Shown piece by piece: positions 8,596-18,864 of a stretch of 64,000 bases of DNA. Position numbers and translations under genes: made by a program. How positions within the stretch are numbered: position 1 is the first letter of the stretch; each line of letters starts with the position of its first letter. Origin of the DNA: Burkholderiales bacterium (lineage in GTDB: Bacteria; Pseudomonadota; Gammaproteobacteria; Burkholderiales; Burkholderiaceae_D); assembly GCA_038207625.1 (NCBI GenBank), contig JBBQZO010000005.1, forward strand, positions 20,247 to 84,246, in the 5' to 3' direction. The notes below the pieces were generated by a model, which was given only the letters and a program-made list of their open reading frames with translations, ran no database searches and was not told the origin of the DNA.

Positions 8596-9366
8596 ATGCC
8601 CAAGTACACAACCATGACCCGCCATCTGGCCCACGCTCTACTGGCGCTGGGCGCCGTCGCCCTGATTGCCCCCGGCGGCGCGCTCGCGGCAGCCGAGAAG
8701 GCCTCGGAGACCAGCTTTAGCACCACCTATACCCAGGCGATCAACAGCCCCAGCCGCACTGCCGACGACCGTAAAGGCGACGCCAAGCACAAGCCGGCGG
8801 AGTATCTGGCGTTTGCGCAGGTGCGCCCTGGCATGAAGGTGTTTGACGTGTATAGCGCGGCCGGGTCGGGCGCGCAATTGCTGGCGCTGGCCGTGGGCGC
8901 CAGCGGTGAAGTGTGGGCGCAGAACGCGCAACCGTCGCCCAAACTGGACGCGCGGCTGGCCGCCACGCCGCAAGCGAACTTGCATGCGCTGGTCGCGCCG
9001 TTCGACAATCCTGTGCCGGCCGGCACGCCGCCGCTCGACCTGATCACCATCAACATGAATTACCACGACATCGTCAACACGCCGACCGACCGCAAGCTGA
9101 TGAACAAGCATCTGTTCGACGCGCTCAAGCCGGGCGGCCATCTGGTGGTGATCGACAACGCGGCCAAGGATGGCAGCGCTTTGACAGCCACCAAGACCTT
9201 GCACCGCATCGATGAGGCGGCCGTGCTGGCCGAGGTGACGGCGGCCGGCTTTACGCTCGACGCCAAGAGCGACTACCTGCGCGTGCCTGGCGATCCGCGC
9301 GAGCAGCCCTTCTTCAAGATGACGACGCCGGACGATAAATTCGCGCTGCGCTTCGTCAAGAAATAA
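8596..9366 (+). CDS. secreted class I SAM-dependent methyltransferase-like protein
   Basis: Signal peptide MTRHLAHALLALGAVALIAPGGALA. Methyltransferase fold motifs (VFDVYSAAGSGAQLLA, LKPGGHLVVID). Start is ambiguous (8575, 8596 or 8614). Confidence 0.65.
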   Translation: MPKYTTMTRHLAHALLALGAVALIAPGGALAAAEKASETSFSTTYTQAINSPSRTADDRKGDAKHKPAEYLAFAQVRPGMKVFDVYSAAGSGAQLLALAVGASGEVWAQNAQPSPKLDARLAATPQANLHALVAPFDNPVPAGTPPLDLITINMNYHDIVNTPTDRKLMNKHLFDALKPGGHLVVIDNAAKDGSALTATKTLHRIDEAAVLAEVTAAGFTLDAKSDYLRVPGDPREQPFFKMTTPDDKFALRFVKK

Positions 9367-9386
9367 ACGCTGCGCCGGGCGCCGTT

Positions 9387-10001
9387 CTAGCGCCGTCCGG
9401 CGATGCGTGCGGCGTCGAACTGGTCCTGGTTCTTGCCGGTGACGTCGCTATAAAATTCCTGAATTGCCACCATGTCGGCGTCGATGTCGCCGCTGGTGGC
9501 GAACATCTTGCCGATCCCGGCCGCCTTGCGCTTGAAGTCCAGGTAGGCCAGTCCGATCGGCACGCCGGCGCCATGCGCCATGTGATAAAACCCCGTCTTC
9601 CAGTGCGTGACCTTGCCGCGCGTGCCTTCCGGCGCGACGATCACGATCAGCTTGTCGGTGCGCGCGAAACTGTCGATGGTCGCCTGCACGGTGTTGTTGG
9701 TGGCGCTGCGGTTAATCGCAATGCCGCCCAGCCAGCGCGCCAGCGGACCGAGCGGCCCGCGAAACAGACTCTCTTTGGCCATCCAGTACACATTGATGCG
9801 CAGCACGAAGCACACCATCAAGGTCATCGGAAAGTCCCAGTTGCTGGTGTGCGGCGCGGCGATCAAGACATATTTGGGATGGCTGGCCAAGCTCTCGCGG
9901 CTAAGGCCTTCGGTACGCCAGCCGAGCAGGCGCAGCATGATGCGTGAGAACGCGCGCATCAGCGTATTGATGACGGGCGTATCGAAAATTGTGGTCTGCA
10001 T
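9387..10001 (-). CDS. 1-acyl-sn-glycerol-3-phosphate acyltransferase family protein (PlsC-like)
   Basis: 'HTSNWD' (HxxxxD) and 'VAPEGTR' acyltransferase motifs. Alternative upstream starts at 10094/10109 would add a hydrophobic N-terminal segment. Confidence 0.7.
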   Translation of the reverse strand: MQTTIFDTPVINTLMRAFSRIMLRLLGWRTEGLSRESLASHPKYVLIAAPHTSNWDFPMTLMVCFVLRINVYWMAKESLFRGPLGPLARWLGGIAINRSATNNTVQATIDSFARTDKLIVIVAPEGTRGKVTHWKTGFYHMAHGAGVPIGLAYLDFKRKAAGIGKMFATSGDIDADMVAIQEFYSDVTGKNQDQFDAARIAGRR

Positions 10002-10130
10002 GGGACAAGCTGAGGGCAAATTGATCGGCGGGCGGGCGGCAGCGGGCGGGAACAACATCAGGCACAATAGCGTGATGATGCCCAACGTCATCATTTTACC
10101 GCACGCCATCCCGTAGCCCCGAAAGTTTCC

Positions 10131-11384
10131 ATGCCTGTGACGTCAACATCCAACGGTTTCGGCGTCCTGCGCCACCGCAATTTCGCGTTTTACCTGTCGG
10201 CCCGCATCCTCGGCACCATCGGCGTACAAATGAACAGCGTGGCGATCGGCTGGCAGGTGTATGCGCTGACCGGCAATCTGACCGATCTGGGCTTGATCGG
10301 CCTGGCCCAGTTCGCGCCCTTCCTGTGCCTGATCCTGTTTGCCGGCCACGCGGCCGACCGCTACAACCGGCGCAACATCATCACGCTATGTCTGGCGGCC
10401 CAGTTCCTGTGCGGCCTGCTGCTGCTGGCGTTCACCGTCAGCGGCCTGGCGATCGTCTGGCCGGTGTTCGCCATCCTGGTGCTGTTTGGCAGCGCGCGCG
10501 CCTTCATGATGCCGGCCACCCAGGCGGTGCTGGTGAACATGGTGCCGACCGAGGATTTCGGCAAAGCCGTCGCGCTGAGCTCGTCGAGCTTTCATATCGC
10601 CGTCATCGTCGGCCCCAGCCTGGGCGGCCTGCTGTACCTGGCCGGACCGCGCACCGTGTACCTGGTGTCGTCCTGCCTGCTGATCGGCGCCGTGCTGCTG
10701 ATGCGCATGACGCGCGCCGCGCCGCAGGTGATCAGCACCGAGCCGGCCAGCTGGCACACGGTGCTCGAAGGCTTGCGCTTCGTCTGGTCGCGCCCCGTCG
10801 TGCTGGGCGCCATTTCGCTCGACCTGTTCGCCGTGCTGTTTGGCGGCGCCACCGCGCTGCTACCGGCCTACGCGCACGATGTGCTGCACGCCGGCCCCAG
10901 TGGCCTGGGCTTGCTGCGCGCGGCGCCCGGCGCGGGCGCCGCGCTGTGCTCGGTGGCGCTGGCGTTCTGGCCGATCCGGCGCCGGGTCGGCGCCTGGATG
11001 TTCGGCGGCGTGGCCGTGTTCGGCGCCGCCACGCTGACGCTGGGCTGGACCGACAGCTTCGCGCTGGCCTTGATCGCGCTGGTGCTGCTGGGCGCGGGCG
11101 ATATGGTCAGCGTCTACATCCGCCACCTGCTGGTGCAGTTCGAAACGCCGGATGCCATTCGCGGTCGCGTCAGCGCCGTCAACTCGGTATTCATCGGCGC
11201 CTCCAACGAGCTGGGCGAATTTGAGTCGGGCATCACGGCCGGCTGGTTCGGGCTGATCCGCGCGATCCTGTTCGGCGGCATCGCCACGCTGGGCGTGACG
11301 CTGATCTGGGCGCTGAAGTTTCCCGTGCTGTCGAAAATGGACCGCTTTCCCCACCACGCCAAGGACGGCGCCGACGCGCCGTGA
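10131..11384 (+). CDS. MFS transporter
   Basis: 417 aa, about 12 TM segments, MFS motif 'GHAADRYNRR' between TM2 and TM3. Confidence 0.85.
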   Translation: MPVTSTSNGFGVLRHRNFAFYLSARILGTIGVQMNSVAIGWQVYALTGNLTDLGLIGLAQFAPFLCLILFAGHAADRYNRRNIITLCLAAQFLCGLLLLAFTVSGLAIVWPVFAILVLFGSARAFMMPATQAVLVNMVPTEDFGKAVALSSSSFHIAVIVGPSLGGLLYLAGPRTVYLVSSCLLIGAVLLMRMTRAAPQVISTEPASWHTVLEGLRFVWSRPVVLGAISLDLFAVLFGGATALLPAYAHDVLHAGPSGLGLLRAAPGAGAALCSVALAFWPIRRRVGAWMFGGVAVFGAATLTLGWTDSFALALIALVLLGAGDMVSVYIRHLLVQFETPDAIRGRVSAVNSVFIGASNELGEFESGITAGWFGLIRAILFGGIATLGVTLIWALKFPVLSKMDRFPHHAKDGADAP

Positions 11385-11646
11385 GCGGCGCGCCGCTGGT
11401 CTCATCAATACGAACTAACCGGGCCGGCACGCACTAGACAATCCGCCGCCGCGTGCCTCGTTCACATGCGCTCGTTTGGGTATGAGAAAGATTACGAAAA
11501 GGAGTAATATAAAGATGTGCTTCAGTTTCACCCTGCCCCGGAGCAGCGCCAGACAGTTTGCGCCTATGCACAACGCAATCGCTGTGGCACGCGCTGCACA
11601 CGCCGAGGACAGGTGGGTTTTTTTATGAACAACCGGGAGTGAGCAT

Positions 11647-12015
11647 ATGCAAGTTAATATCAATACTGACAGCACCATTGAACGTCATGCAGGGCTCGAT
11701 GACCATGTACAAAGCGTCGTCAAAGGAGCGGTCGACCGCTTCGGCGAACAGATCACCCGCGTAGAAGTTCACCTGAGCGACAAGAAAAAGGAAAAATCAG
11801 CCGACGGTGATAATCGCTGCTTGATGGAAGCGCGTGTCACCGGCTATCAACCGATCGCCGTTAGCGACCACGCCGCCACGTTGCACCAGGCCATTGCCGG
11901 TGCGGGCGACAAACTCAAACGCGCCGTTGACAACGCGCTGGGCCGCCTGAACGATGGCAAGCGCCATCCCGGCATCAAAGGTGTCGCCGAAACCGACGTC
12001 GACGACGACGAATAA
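11647..12015 (+). CDS. HPF/RaiA-family ribosome-associated protein (putative)
   Basis: 122 aa 'MQVNINTDS...VHLSD...EARVTG..IAVSDHAATLHQAIAGAGDKLKRAV' has the architecture of ribosome hibernation factors, with an acidic C-terminus. Confidence 0.45.
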   Translation: MQVNINTDSTIERHAGLDDHVQSVVKGAVDRFGEQITRVEVHLSDKKKEKSADGDNRCLMEARVTGYQPIAVSDHAATLHQAIAGAGDKLKRAVDNALGRLNDGKRHPGIKGVAETDVDDDE

Positions 12016-12084
12016 CACGCCTGCCCTGTCGGGCATGTCACCTGATACTGGCAGCCGCCACGGCTGCCAGGCCATCACACTACA

Positions 12085-12870
12085 TCAACCATTCTCCTGC
12101 GCCAGCGCGCGCAAATAACGCAGTCCCGCCAGTGCGCGGCTGCCATACCACGACATCATCTCCCCATCGACCAACTGGACCGGCTTGCCGATCTGGCGCT
12201 CAAGCGCGTCCGCGTGCGCCTCCGTGAAGCGGTAGGGTTCGCTCGACAGCAGCACGCCGTCGATTCTCCCCACCAGCGCGTCGGACCAGTCGAAACGCGG
12301 GTAACGCGCGCTGCCCAGGTCCGGCACCTGCCAGCCGATTTCGCCGAGCATGTTGGCGATATACGTGTCGCGCCCCACGCTCATCCACGGGTCTTGCCAG
12401 ATGCAGTACAACATCGTGCGCGCCGGCCCCTTGGGCAGCGCCTGCAGCCCCGCGTATTCCTGTTCGAACTGGGCGCACCAGGCGGCAGCTTTGTCCTGGG
12501 CGCAAAAAATGCCGCCCATCAGCTGCGCCAGCGCCAGGTTGTCGCGCGGCGCCAGCGGGTGCGTGACCACGATATGGGGCACAAACTGGGCCAGCGCATC
12601 GATGGTCGGCTTTTCGTTCTCGTCGATATTGACCACCAGATGGGTGGGCGCGAGCTTGCGGATCTTCTCGACGTTGACGTCCTTGGTGCCACCCACTTTG
12701 GCGATGCCCTGCACGACCTCGGCCGGATGAATGCAAAACCCGGTGCGTCCGACGACTTGGCCGGCCAATCCCAGATCGCACAGCAATTCGGTGAGCGAAG
12801 GCACCAGCGAGACGATGCGCGCCTGCGGATCGGGCTGGTGGTGGCGACCGAGCGCGTCGATATAGTCCAT
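12085..12870 (-). CDS. cobalamin/Fe-siderophore-binding (TroA/BtuF-like) domain protein without signal peptide
   Basis: Start MDYIDALG. 'RIVSLVPSLTELLCDLGL..VVG' is typical of the helical-backbone periplasmic binding fold. Confidence 0.65.
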   Translation of the reverse strand: MDYIDALGRHHQPDPQARIVSLVPSLTELLCDLGLAGQVVGRTGFCIHPAEVVQGIAKVGGTKDVNVEKIRKLAPTHLVVNIDENEKPTIDALAQFVPHIVVTHPLAPRDNLALAQLMGGIFCAQDKAAAWCAQFEQEYAGLQALPKGPARTMLYCIWQDPWMSVGRDTYIANMLGEIGWQVPDLGSARYPRFDWSDALVGRIDGVLLSSEPYRFTEAHADALERQIGKPVQLVDGEMMSWYGSRALAGLRYLRALAQENG

Positions 12871-12986
12871 GGAAAATTTCCGCAAAAAGAGTTGGGCGCC
12901 ATTTGACCACAGTCGCGCGGCCAATTGCGAAGTTTTGTGGCGCCCCCGACAAGGCTTCGTTGTGTCCGTACGGCATCGCATGCGTT

Positions 12987-14015
12987 ATGATGGCATCAGC
13001 CTTCGGCACCCCACACCCGCAGCGAACACGACGACCTCGAGAGACTATTTTGGAACACATCAGCACGTTTGGCGCTTCCGCTTACACGCTACGCGACTTG
13101 CAACTGTTTCGCGACACGCTCGACGAACAGATTGCGCCGATACTGGCCAACTGCGCCATCGTGCGCCTGGCCAAAGGGCAAACGGTGGTCGACACCCGGC
13201 GCGCCCGCCTGTACATCGTGCTGCGCGGCGCGCTGATGGTGGCCGCCGACACCAGCACCGGCATGGCCGACGGCACGCTGTCGAAGGTGCTGCCGGGCGA
13301 GAGCGTGGGCGAGCAGTCGGTGCTGGACGAGGCGACCAATCTGGCGGCCATCTCGGCGCTGGAAGAAACCGAGCTGCTGGTGATCGACGCCGACACCGTC
13401 TGGCGCATGATCGACAGCTCCAACGGGGTGGCGCGCAATCTGCTGCGGCTGCTGTCGTTTCGGATCCGCGCGGCCAACGCGCAGTTGCGCCGGCGCCAGA
13501 AGCTCGGTGAATTCTACCGCCAGCTGTCGATGGTGGACGGCCTGACCAATCTGTACAACCGCGCCTGGCTGGGCGACCTGCTGCCGACGATGGTGGCGAC
13601 CGCGCACGCCAGCGCCGCCCCGCTGTCGCTGATCATGATCGACCTCGACCACTTCAAGCGCTTCAACGACAGCCACGGCCATCTGGCCGGCGACCAGGCG
13701 CTGCGCACCGCCGCCGACGTGCTCAGCGCGGCGCTGCGCCCGACCGACTTCGCGGTGCGTTACGGCGGCGAGGAAATGATGGTGATTCTGCCCGACACCA
13801 ACGAAAAAGTGGCGCTGATGGTGGCGCAGCGCCTGTGCGAGCGGATGCAGCAATCGGTGGTGTTTGCCGACATGCGCCAGCCGATGCCCCAGATCACCGC
13901 CTCGTTCGGCGTGGCCAGCCTGGCCCCCGGCCAGGATCAGAACGCGCTGATCGCGCAGGCCGACGCGGCGCTGTACCGGGCCAAGGACGGCGGGCGCAAC
14001 CGCGTGTCCTTGTAG
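12987..14015 (+). CDS. cyclic-nucleotide-binding domain + GGDEF diguanylate cyclase
   Basis: A cNMP-binding beta-roll region is followed by 'DGLTNLYNR...RYGGEEMMVIL' (GGEEM variant of GGDEF). The start is uncertain; the ORF begins at 12903, overlapping the divergent gene. Confidence 0.8.
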   Translation: MMASAFGTPHPQRTRRPRETILEHISTFGASAYTLRDLQLFRDTLDEQIAPILANCAIVRLAKGQTVVDTRRARLYIVLRGALMVAADTSTGMADGTLSKVLPGESVGEQSVLDEATNLAAISALEETELLVIDADTVWRMIDSSNGVARNLLRLLSFRIRAANAQLRRRQKLGEFYRQLSMVDGLTNLYNRAWLGDLLPTMVATAHASAAPLSLIMIDLDHFKRFNDSHGHLAGDQALRTAADVLSAALRPTDFAVRYGGEEMMVILPDTNEKVALMVAQRLCERMQQSVVFADMRQPMPQITASFGVASLAPGQDQNALIAQADAALYRAKDGGRNRVSL

Positions 14016-14020
14016 TCGCG

Positions 14021-14659
14021 CTAAGCCGGCGTCTTCGGCGCCGGCGTGCCAGCCGTGGTGACGGTCGCTTTGGCGGTCGCCGTCGCGCTTGCTGTGGCGG
14101 TTGCGGTGGCTGTGGCAGCCGGCGTGGCCGGCTTGCTCTGGGCCGCCGCAAAGTCGGCAAACCCCTGCTGCACCAGCTCGAAGGTCTTGTCGATGTTGCT
14201 GGCGATATCGCCGCCCAGCACCGACAGCCCTTTCAGAATGTCACGCGCCTCCTTGAAGCCGCGCTCGACCCCGCCCTTGATCGTGTCGAGGAAGTTATTC
14301 AGTGACGTCGCATCGTCCACGCCCGGATGCTGTTGCTTGTAGGCGCCGTAGAACGCGGTCGACAGCGACACAATGCGCCCCGCCGTGCCGGCCGGCGTGT
14401 TGTCCTGACTGACGGCATTTTGGATCGCATCCTCGCCGAACTGCGACTTGAGCGTCTCGTTCAAACTGGTGATGGCCGACTTGTAGACCAGCGCCAGCGG
14501 ATCGTTTTGCGAACTGAGCGAAACGTTCAGCGACGCCTGCACGATCGATACGTTCAGTTCGGCCTGCGCCTTGGCCTGCACGGCCGCGCCGGACGGCGGC
14601 GTCGCCGGCGTAGTGCTGCTGGCGGGGGCGGTGCCCGTTGCCACGACTGGAATTGACAT
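14021..14659 (-). CDS. hypothetical protein with Ala/Thr-rich N- and C-termini
   Basis: Start MSIPVVATG. 212 aa with (AT)n C-terminal tail. Confidence 0.45.
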   Translation of the reverse strand: MSIPVVATGTAPASSTTPATPPSGAAVQAKAQAELNVSIVQASLNVSLSSQNDPLALVYKSAITSLNETLKSQFGEDAIQNAVSQDNTPAGTAGRIVSLSTAFYGAYKQQHPGVDDATSLNNFLDTIKGGVERGFKEARDILKGLSVLGGDIASNIDKTFELVQQGFADFAAAQSKPATPAATATATATASATATAKATVTTAGTPAPKTPA

Positions 14660-14790
14660 GATCGTTCTCCTGATTGAGCATATTTGTGACACCATACGCC
14701 CCTGAGGCGTCATCGACGCCAGCGCAGCCATCAATACAATAACGGCAAGATGCGCGCTTTCTGTAGCCCCAAACACTTCGAACGAGCATT

Positions 14791-16236
14791 ATGAGCAAGC
14801 ATACTTTTCTTTGGCACGACTACGAAACCTTCGGCGCCCAGGTGCGGCGCGACCGCCCGGCCCAGTTCGCGGCGATCCGCACCGACGCCGAACTGAACGA
14901 AATCGGCGACCCGATCATGCTGTACTGCCAACCGGCGCCCGACTTCCTGCCCGACCCCGTGTCCTGCCTGATCACCGGCATCACGCCGCAGCAATGTCTG
15001 GAATGGGGCGTGCCCGAACACCAGTTCGCCGCCACCATCGAGGCGGCGTTTAGCAAGCCGGGCACCATCGGGGTCGGCTACAACACGATCCGCTTCGATG
15101 ACGAGATCACCCGTTTCATGTTCTGGCGCAACCTGATCGACCCGTATGCGCGCGAATGGCAACACCAGTGCGGGCGCTGGGACCTGCTCGACGTGGTGCG
15201 CCTGATGTACGCGCTGCGCCCCGAAGGCATGCAATGGCCCACGCGCGAGGACGGCAAGCCCAGCTTCCGGCTCGAACACCTGGCCAGCGCCAACGGCTTG
15301 CTGCACGAGGCGGCGCATGACGCGCTGTCGGACGTGCGCGCCACCATCGCGCTGGCGCGCCTGATCCGCAGCGCCCAACCGAAACTGTTCGATTTCTGCT
15401 TCGCGCTGCATAAAAAAGACCGCGTGGCCGACGAAATGGGCATGCAACTGGCGCCCAAGCTGCGCCAGCCTTTCCTGCACGTGTCCGGCATGTACCCGGT
15501 CGAGTACGGCTGCATGGGACTGGTCTGGCCGATCGCCAACCACCCGTCCAACAAGAACGAAGTGCTGGTGTGGGACTGCCGCTACGACCCGAGCGAGCTG
15601 TTCACGCTGGACGCCGACACGATCCGCCTGCGCATGTTCAGCAAGCGCGACGCGCTGCCCGAAGGCGTGACGCGCCTGCCGATCAAGAGCATCCACCTGA
15701 ACAAGTCGCCCATGTTGGTGGGGAATCTGAAAACGCTGACGCCGGCCATGGCCGAGCGTTGGGACATCGACCTCGCGCAGCAGCGCCTGCACGCGCAGGC
15801 CGCTGCCGCCGGCCCCGACATGAGCGCCATCTGGCACGACGTGTACCGGCGCGGTCCGGACGCGCCGACCGATGTCGACGAGGACTTGTACGGCGGCTTC
15901 ATCGGCGCGGGCGACCGGCGCGCGCTCGAATCGCTGCGTGCGGAAACACCGGCCAAGCTGGCCACGCTGCACCCGTCGTTCGACGACGAGCGCCTGGAAG
16001 AGCTGCTGTTTCGCTACCGCGCGCGCAATTTCCCCGCGTCGCTCAGCGAAGCCGAGCAGGAGCGCTGGGAGCAGCACCGCGCCGCCCGCCTGTTCGACGG
16101 CGAAGGCGGCGCGCGCACCATCGAGCAGTTGTTCAGCGAGATCGACACGCTGCAGGAGACGGCCGACGAGCGCGCCGAGGAAATTCTGGGCGCACTGTAC
16201 GACTACGCGGAAATGGTCGCACCGATCCGGCGCTAA
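14791..16236 (+). CDS. sbcB: exodeoxyribonuclease I
   Basis: 481 aa 'TFLWHDYETFG' DnaQ-like exonuclease motif. Length and overall organisation match the family. Confidence 0.9.
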   Translation: MSKHTFLWHDYETFGAQVRRDRPAQFAAIRTDAELNEIGDPIMLYCQPAPDFLPDPVSCLITGITPQQCLEWGVPEHQFAATIEAAFSKPGTIGVGYNTIRFDDEITRFMFWRNLIDPYAREWQHQCGRWDLLDVVRLMYALRPEGMQWPTREDGKPSFRLEHLASANGLLHEAAHDALSDVRATIALARLIRSAQPKLFDFCFALHKKDRVADEMGMQLAPKLRQPFLHVSGMYPVEYGCMGLVWPIANHPSNKNEVLVWDCRYDPSELFTLDADTIRLRMFSKRDALPEGVTRLPIKSIHLNKSPMLVGNLKTLTPAMAERWDIDLAQQRLHAQAAAAGPDMSAIWHDVYRRGPDAPTDVDEDLYGGFIGAGDRRALESLRAETPAKLATLHPSFDDERLEELLFRYRARNFPASLSEAEQERWEQHRAARLFDGEGGARTIEQLFSEIDTLQETADERAEEILGALYDYAEMVAPIRR

Positions 16237-16298
16237 TTGACGAGAACAGGCCCATGAACAGCTACGAGGAAAGGTGGGCGCACTTGGCGTAGCGCGAA

Positions 16299-16547
16299 TT
16301 GATTGCGCGGATTGCGCTGGCCTGCTTTGTGCTGTTCAACCTGCTGCTTTTCTTCACGCTGCAGCAAGGGGGCGCGTGGTTCCTCGGCTTTGTTGCTAGT
16401 GGCGTGGTGTACCAATGTTTCCGCGTTGTCGCCAGAAACACGCCCTGCCCGCGCTGCAACAAGCCGTTTCACGCGAGCCGCACGCTGCGCTATTCACCGA
16501 AGCGCTGTAACCATTGCGGTCTTGAGCGCGGCGCGAGCGCGACCTGA
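16299..16547 (+). CDS. small membrane protein with C-terminal Cys4 zinc ribbon (hypothetical)
   Basis: 82 aa: a hydrophobic N-terminal half, then CPRC...CNHC. Confidence 0.35.
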   Translation: MIARIALACFVLFNLLLFFTLQQGGAWFLGFVASGVVYQCFRVVARNTPCPRCNKPFHASRTLRYSPKRCNHCGLERGASAT

Positions 16548-16619
16548 GCCGACAAGTTCGGCCAAGCGCTCGTCGGCCATCGAAGCTTCCAAATACAACT
16601 GAGCCGCGGTTCAGTTCAA

Positions 16620-16916
16620 CTAGGCTTGGGAGTCACTGGCTACGTACTTTGCATAGTTGTCGATGTAGTCGTCAAGATTCTCAACGAACATTTTTCGGTA
16701 CTGTTCAGTAAAGTACGCTGTAGCCGCCTCCTTATCCGCGTTTAACTCGTCCAAGTCGCGCGCGCCAACTGCCACAATGAAAGCATTAAATCTTGCGGCA
16801 GCATAAAGCATGGACGAGCTCACTTTGCTGTTCGGTGCTTCCTTGCATTGATCGTTCGCCACGTGAATCAAGGCATCGGCGCGGTCCCAAAATTCCGATT
16901 CGATCAGTTCACTCAT
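16620..16916 (-). CDS. DUF3144-like small protein
   Basis: Start MSELIESEFWDRADALIHVANDQ. Confidence 0.5.
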   Translation of the reverse strand: MSELIESEFWDRADALIHVANDQCKEAPNSKVSSSMLYAAARFNAFIVAVGARDLDELNADKEAATAYFTEQYRKMFVENLDDYIDNYAKYVASDSQA

Positions 16917-16938
16917 ACCATCTCCAAGAGCGCGCAAC

Positions 16939-17757
16939 TTAACGGTGAGCGTTGATCGCGTCGCGCGTTTCCAGCGCCACGCGGCGCGCGGCAGCGACGA
17001 AGTCTTCGCCGACCTGTGGCTTGGCAAACAGGATCGCGCGCGAGGAATTGATCATCATGCCGGTGCCGTTGGCCGTCTTGCCGGCGCCCACCGTGGCGGC
17101 CACGTCGCCGCCCTGCGCGCCGACGCCCGGCTCCAGCAGCGGCATGTCGCCGACGATCGCGCGCACTTGCGCCAGCTCATCGGGGAAGGTCGCGCCCACC
17201 ACCAAGGCGCACTGGCCGTTGACGTTCCATTTTTCAGCGACCATGCGCGCCACATGCTGGTACAGCGGCTTGCCGTCCACCTGCAGAAATTGCAAATCCG
17301 AGCCGCCCGGATTGGAGGTGCGGCACAGGATGATGGTGCCACGGTCGCTCCACTCCAGGTACGGCTCGACCGAGTCGAAGCCCATGTACGGGCTCAGCGT
17401 GACGGCGTCGGCCTGATAGCGGTCGTAGGCTTCGCGCGCGTACTGGTGCGCGGTGGCGCCGATGTCGCCGCGCTTGGCGTCGAGGATCAGCGGAATGTGC
17501 GGATAAGTCGCGCGGATGTAGTGGCAGATTTTTTCAAGCTGGTCTTCCGCGCCCAGCGCCGCGAAATAGGCGATCTGCGGCTTGAACGAGCAGGCCAGGT
17601 CGGCGGTGGCATCGACGATCTCTTTGCAGAAGGTGTAGATGCCGTCCGGCGCGCTTTGCAATGCAGCCGGCAAGCGTGCCAGGTCAGGATCGAGCCCGAC
17701 ACACAGCAGGGAATTGTTGGTCGCCCACGCGGCGGTCAGCTTGTTAATAAAATTCAC
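16939..17757 (-). CDS. pyrF: orotidine 5'-phosphate decarboxylase (type 2)
   Basis: 272 aa with 'LCVGLDPD' and 'DAKRGDIG' motifs. Confidence 0.9.
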   Translation of the reverse strand: MNFINKLTAAWATNNSLLCVGLDPDLARLPAALQSAPDGIYTFCKEIVDATADLACSFKPQIAYFAALGAEDQLEKICHYIRATYPHIPLILDAKRGDIGATAHQYAREAYDRYQADAVTLSPYMGFDSVEPYLEWSDRGTIILCRTSNPGGSDLQFLQVDGKPLYQHVARMVAEKWNVNGQCALVVGATFPDELAQVRAIVGDMPLLEPGVGAQGGDVAATVGAGKTANGTGMMINSSRAILFAKPQVGEDFVAAARRVALETRDAINAHR

Positions 17758-17895
17758 GGCGGCCCTTTTTTATTCTGTTGCAAACCCCGCCATTGTAACG
17801 CACCGCCCCGCCGGGCCGCCTTGCTTGACAGGCAACAGCGGCACCCTCGATACTTGTTGCGCGACCCGGTCGGGCGCGTTTACCCGGGAAAACCC

Positions 17896-18864
17896 ATGAA
17901 TCACTCTTGGCTAGAACGGCTGCCCGCCAGCCTGTTTGCCATTCCATACGGCTTGTTTGGCCTGGCCGGCGCGTGGCGTCGCGCCAACAGTTTCGGCTGG
18001 CTCTGGGCGCCCGATGCCGTCACGCTGCTGGGCACGCTCGGCGCGTTGATCTGGTGTGCGCTCATCGTCTGCTACGGCGCCAAATGTCTAACCTTCCCGC
18101 GCGCCGTGGCGGCGGAATTTCACCATCCCGTGCAGGGCGCCTTGCTGGCCCTGCTCCCCCTGTCGAGCTTGCTGGCGATCGCGCTATTCGGCGCGGCCCA
18201 CGCGCCGCTCTACCTGGCGCTGGCGCTGACCGCGCTGGCAGCGCAGGCGGCGGTGGCCGTGCGCGTCGTGGCGCTGCTGGCCACCGGCCAGATGCCGGCC
18301 AATGCGGTTACGCCGGCGCTGTACCTGCCGGCGGTGGCGGGCGGCTTCGTCGGCGGACTGACCATCAGTTCGCTCGGCTACCCCGGCTGGGGCGCGCTGT
18401 TATTCGGCATGGGCCTGGCCGGCTGGGCCTTGCTCGAGGTGCGCGTGCTGGGACGCCTGTTCGAAGGTCCGATGCCCGAGCCGCTGCGCTCGACCATCGG
18501 GGTCGAGCTGGCGCCGCCGTCCATCGCCACGCTGGCCGCCGCCACCATCTGGCCCAATCTGCCGGGCGACGTGCTGATCGTCGGCCTGGGCATCGCGGTC
18601 GGTCCGATCGTGGCCGTGCTGGTGCGCTACCACTGGTGGCGTCGGGCGCCGTTTTCGGCCGGCTTCTGGTCGTTCGCGTTTCCGCTGGCGGCGCTGGCCG
18701 GCGCCGTCTGCGAGGTGGTGCGGCGTGGCGGCTGGCCGCCTTTCGTCGCGGGCGCCGCGCTGCTGATCGCCTCGTCCGTCACCCTGTTCCTGCTGGTGCG
18801 CACGCTGGCCTTGACGGTGACCGGGCGCCTGCTGCCGCCGTCAGCATGGGCGCCGCCAGTCTAG
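17896..18864 (+). CDS. TDT-family (TehA/Mae1-like) transporter
   Basis: Start MNHSWLERLP. 322 aa, about 10 TM segments. The upstream portion of ORF 16945..18864 is antisense to pyrF. Confidence 0.8.
   Translation: MNHSWLERLPASLFAIPYGLFGLAGAWRRANSFGWLWAPDAVTLLGTLGALIWCALIVCYGAKCLTFPRAVAAEFHHPVQGALLALLPLSSLLAIALFGAAHAPLYLALALTALAAQAAVAVRVVALLATGQMPANAVTPALYLPAVAGGFVGGLTISSLGYPGWGALLFGMGLAGWALLEVRVLGRLFEGPMPEPLRSTIGVELAPPSIATLAAATIWPNLPGDVLIVGLGIAVGPIVAVLVRYHWWRRAPFSAGFWSFAFPLAALAGAVCEVVRRGGWPPFVAGAALLIASSVTLFLLVRTLALTVTGRLLPPSAWAPPV

Noticed and set aside
11585-11600. TGGCAC element upstream of the HPF-like gene as a sigma54 promoter
   Set aside because: The GG-to-GC spacing is 8 rather than 10 nt and there is no TTGC -12 element. 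It was tempting only because hpf genes are often sigma54-linked.
16945-17895. 5' portion of the 639-aa + strand ORF upstream of the TehA-like gene
   Set aside because: It is antisense to pyrF, whose product is unmistakable. The real + strand gene starts at MNHSW (17896).
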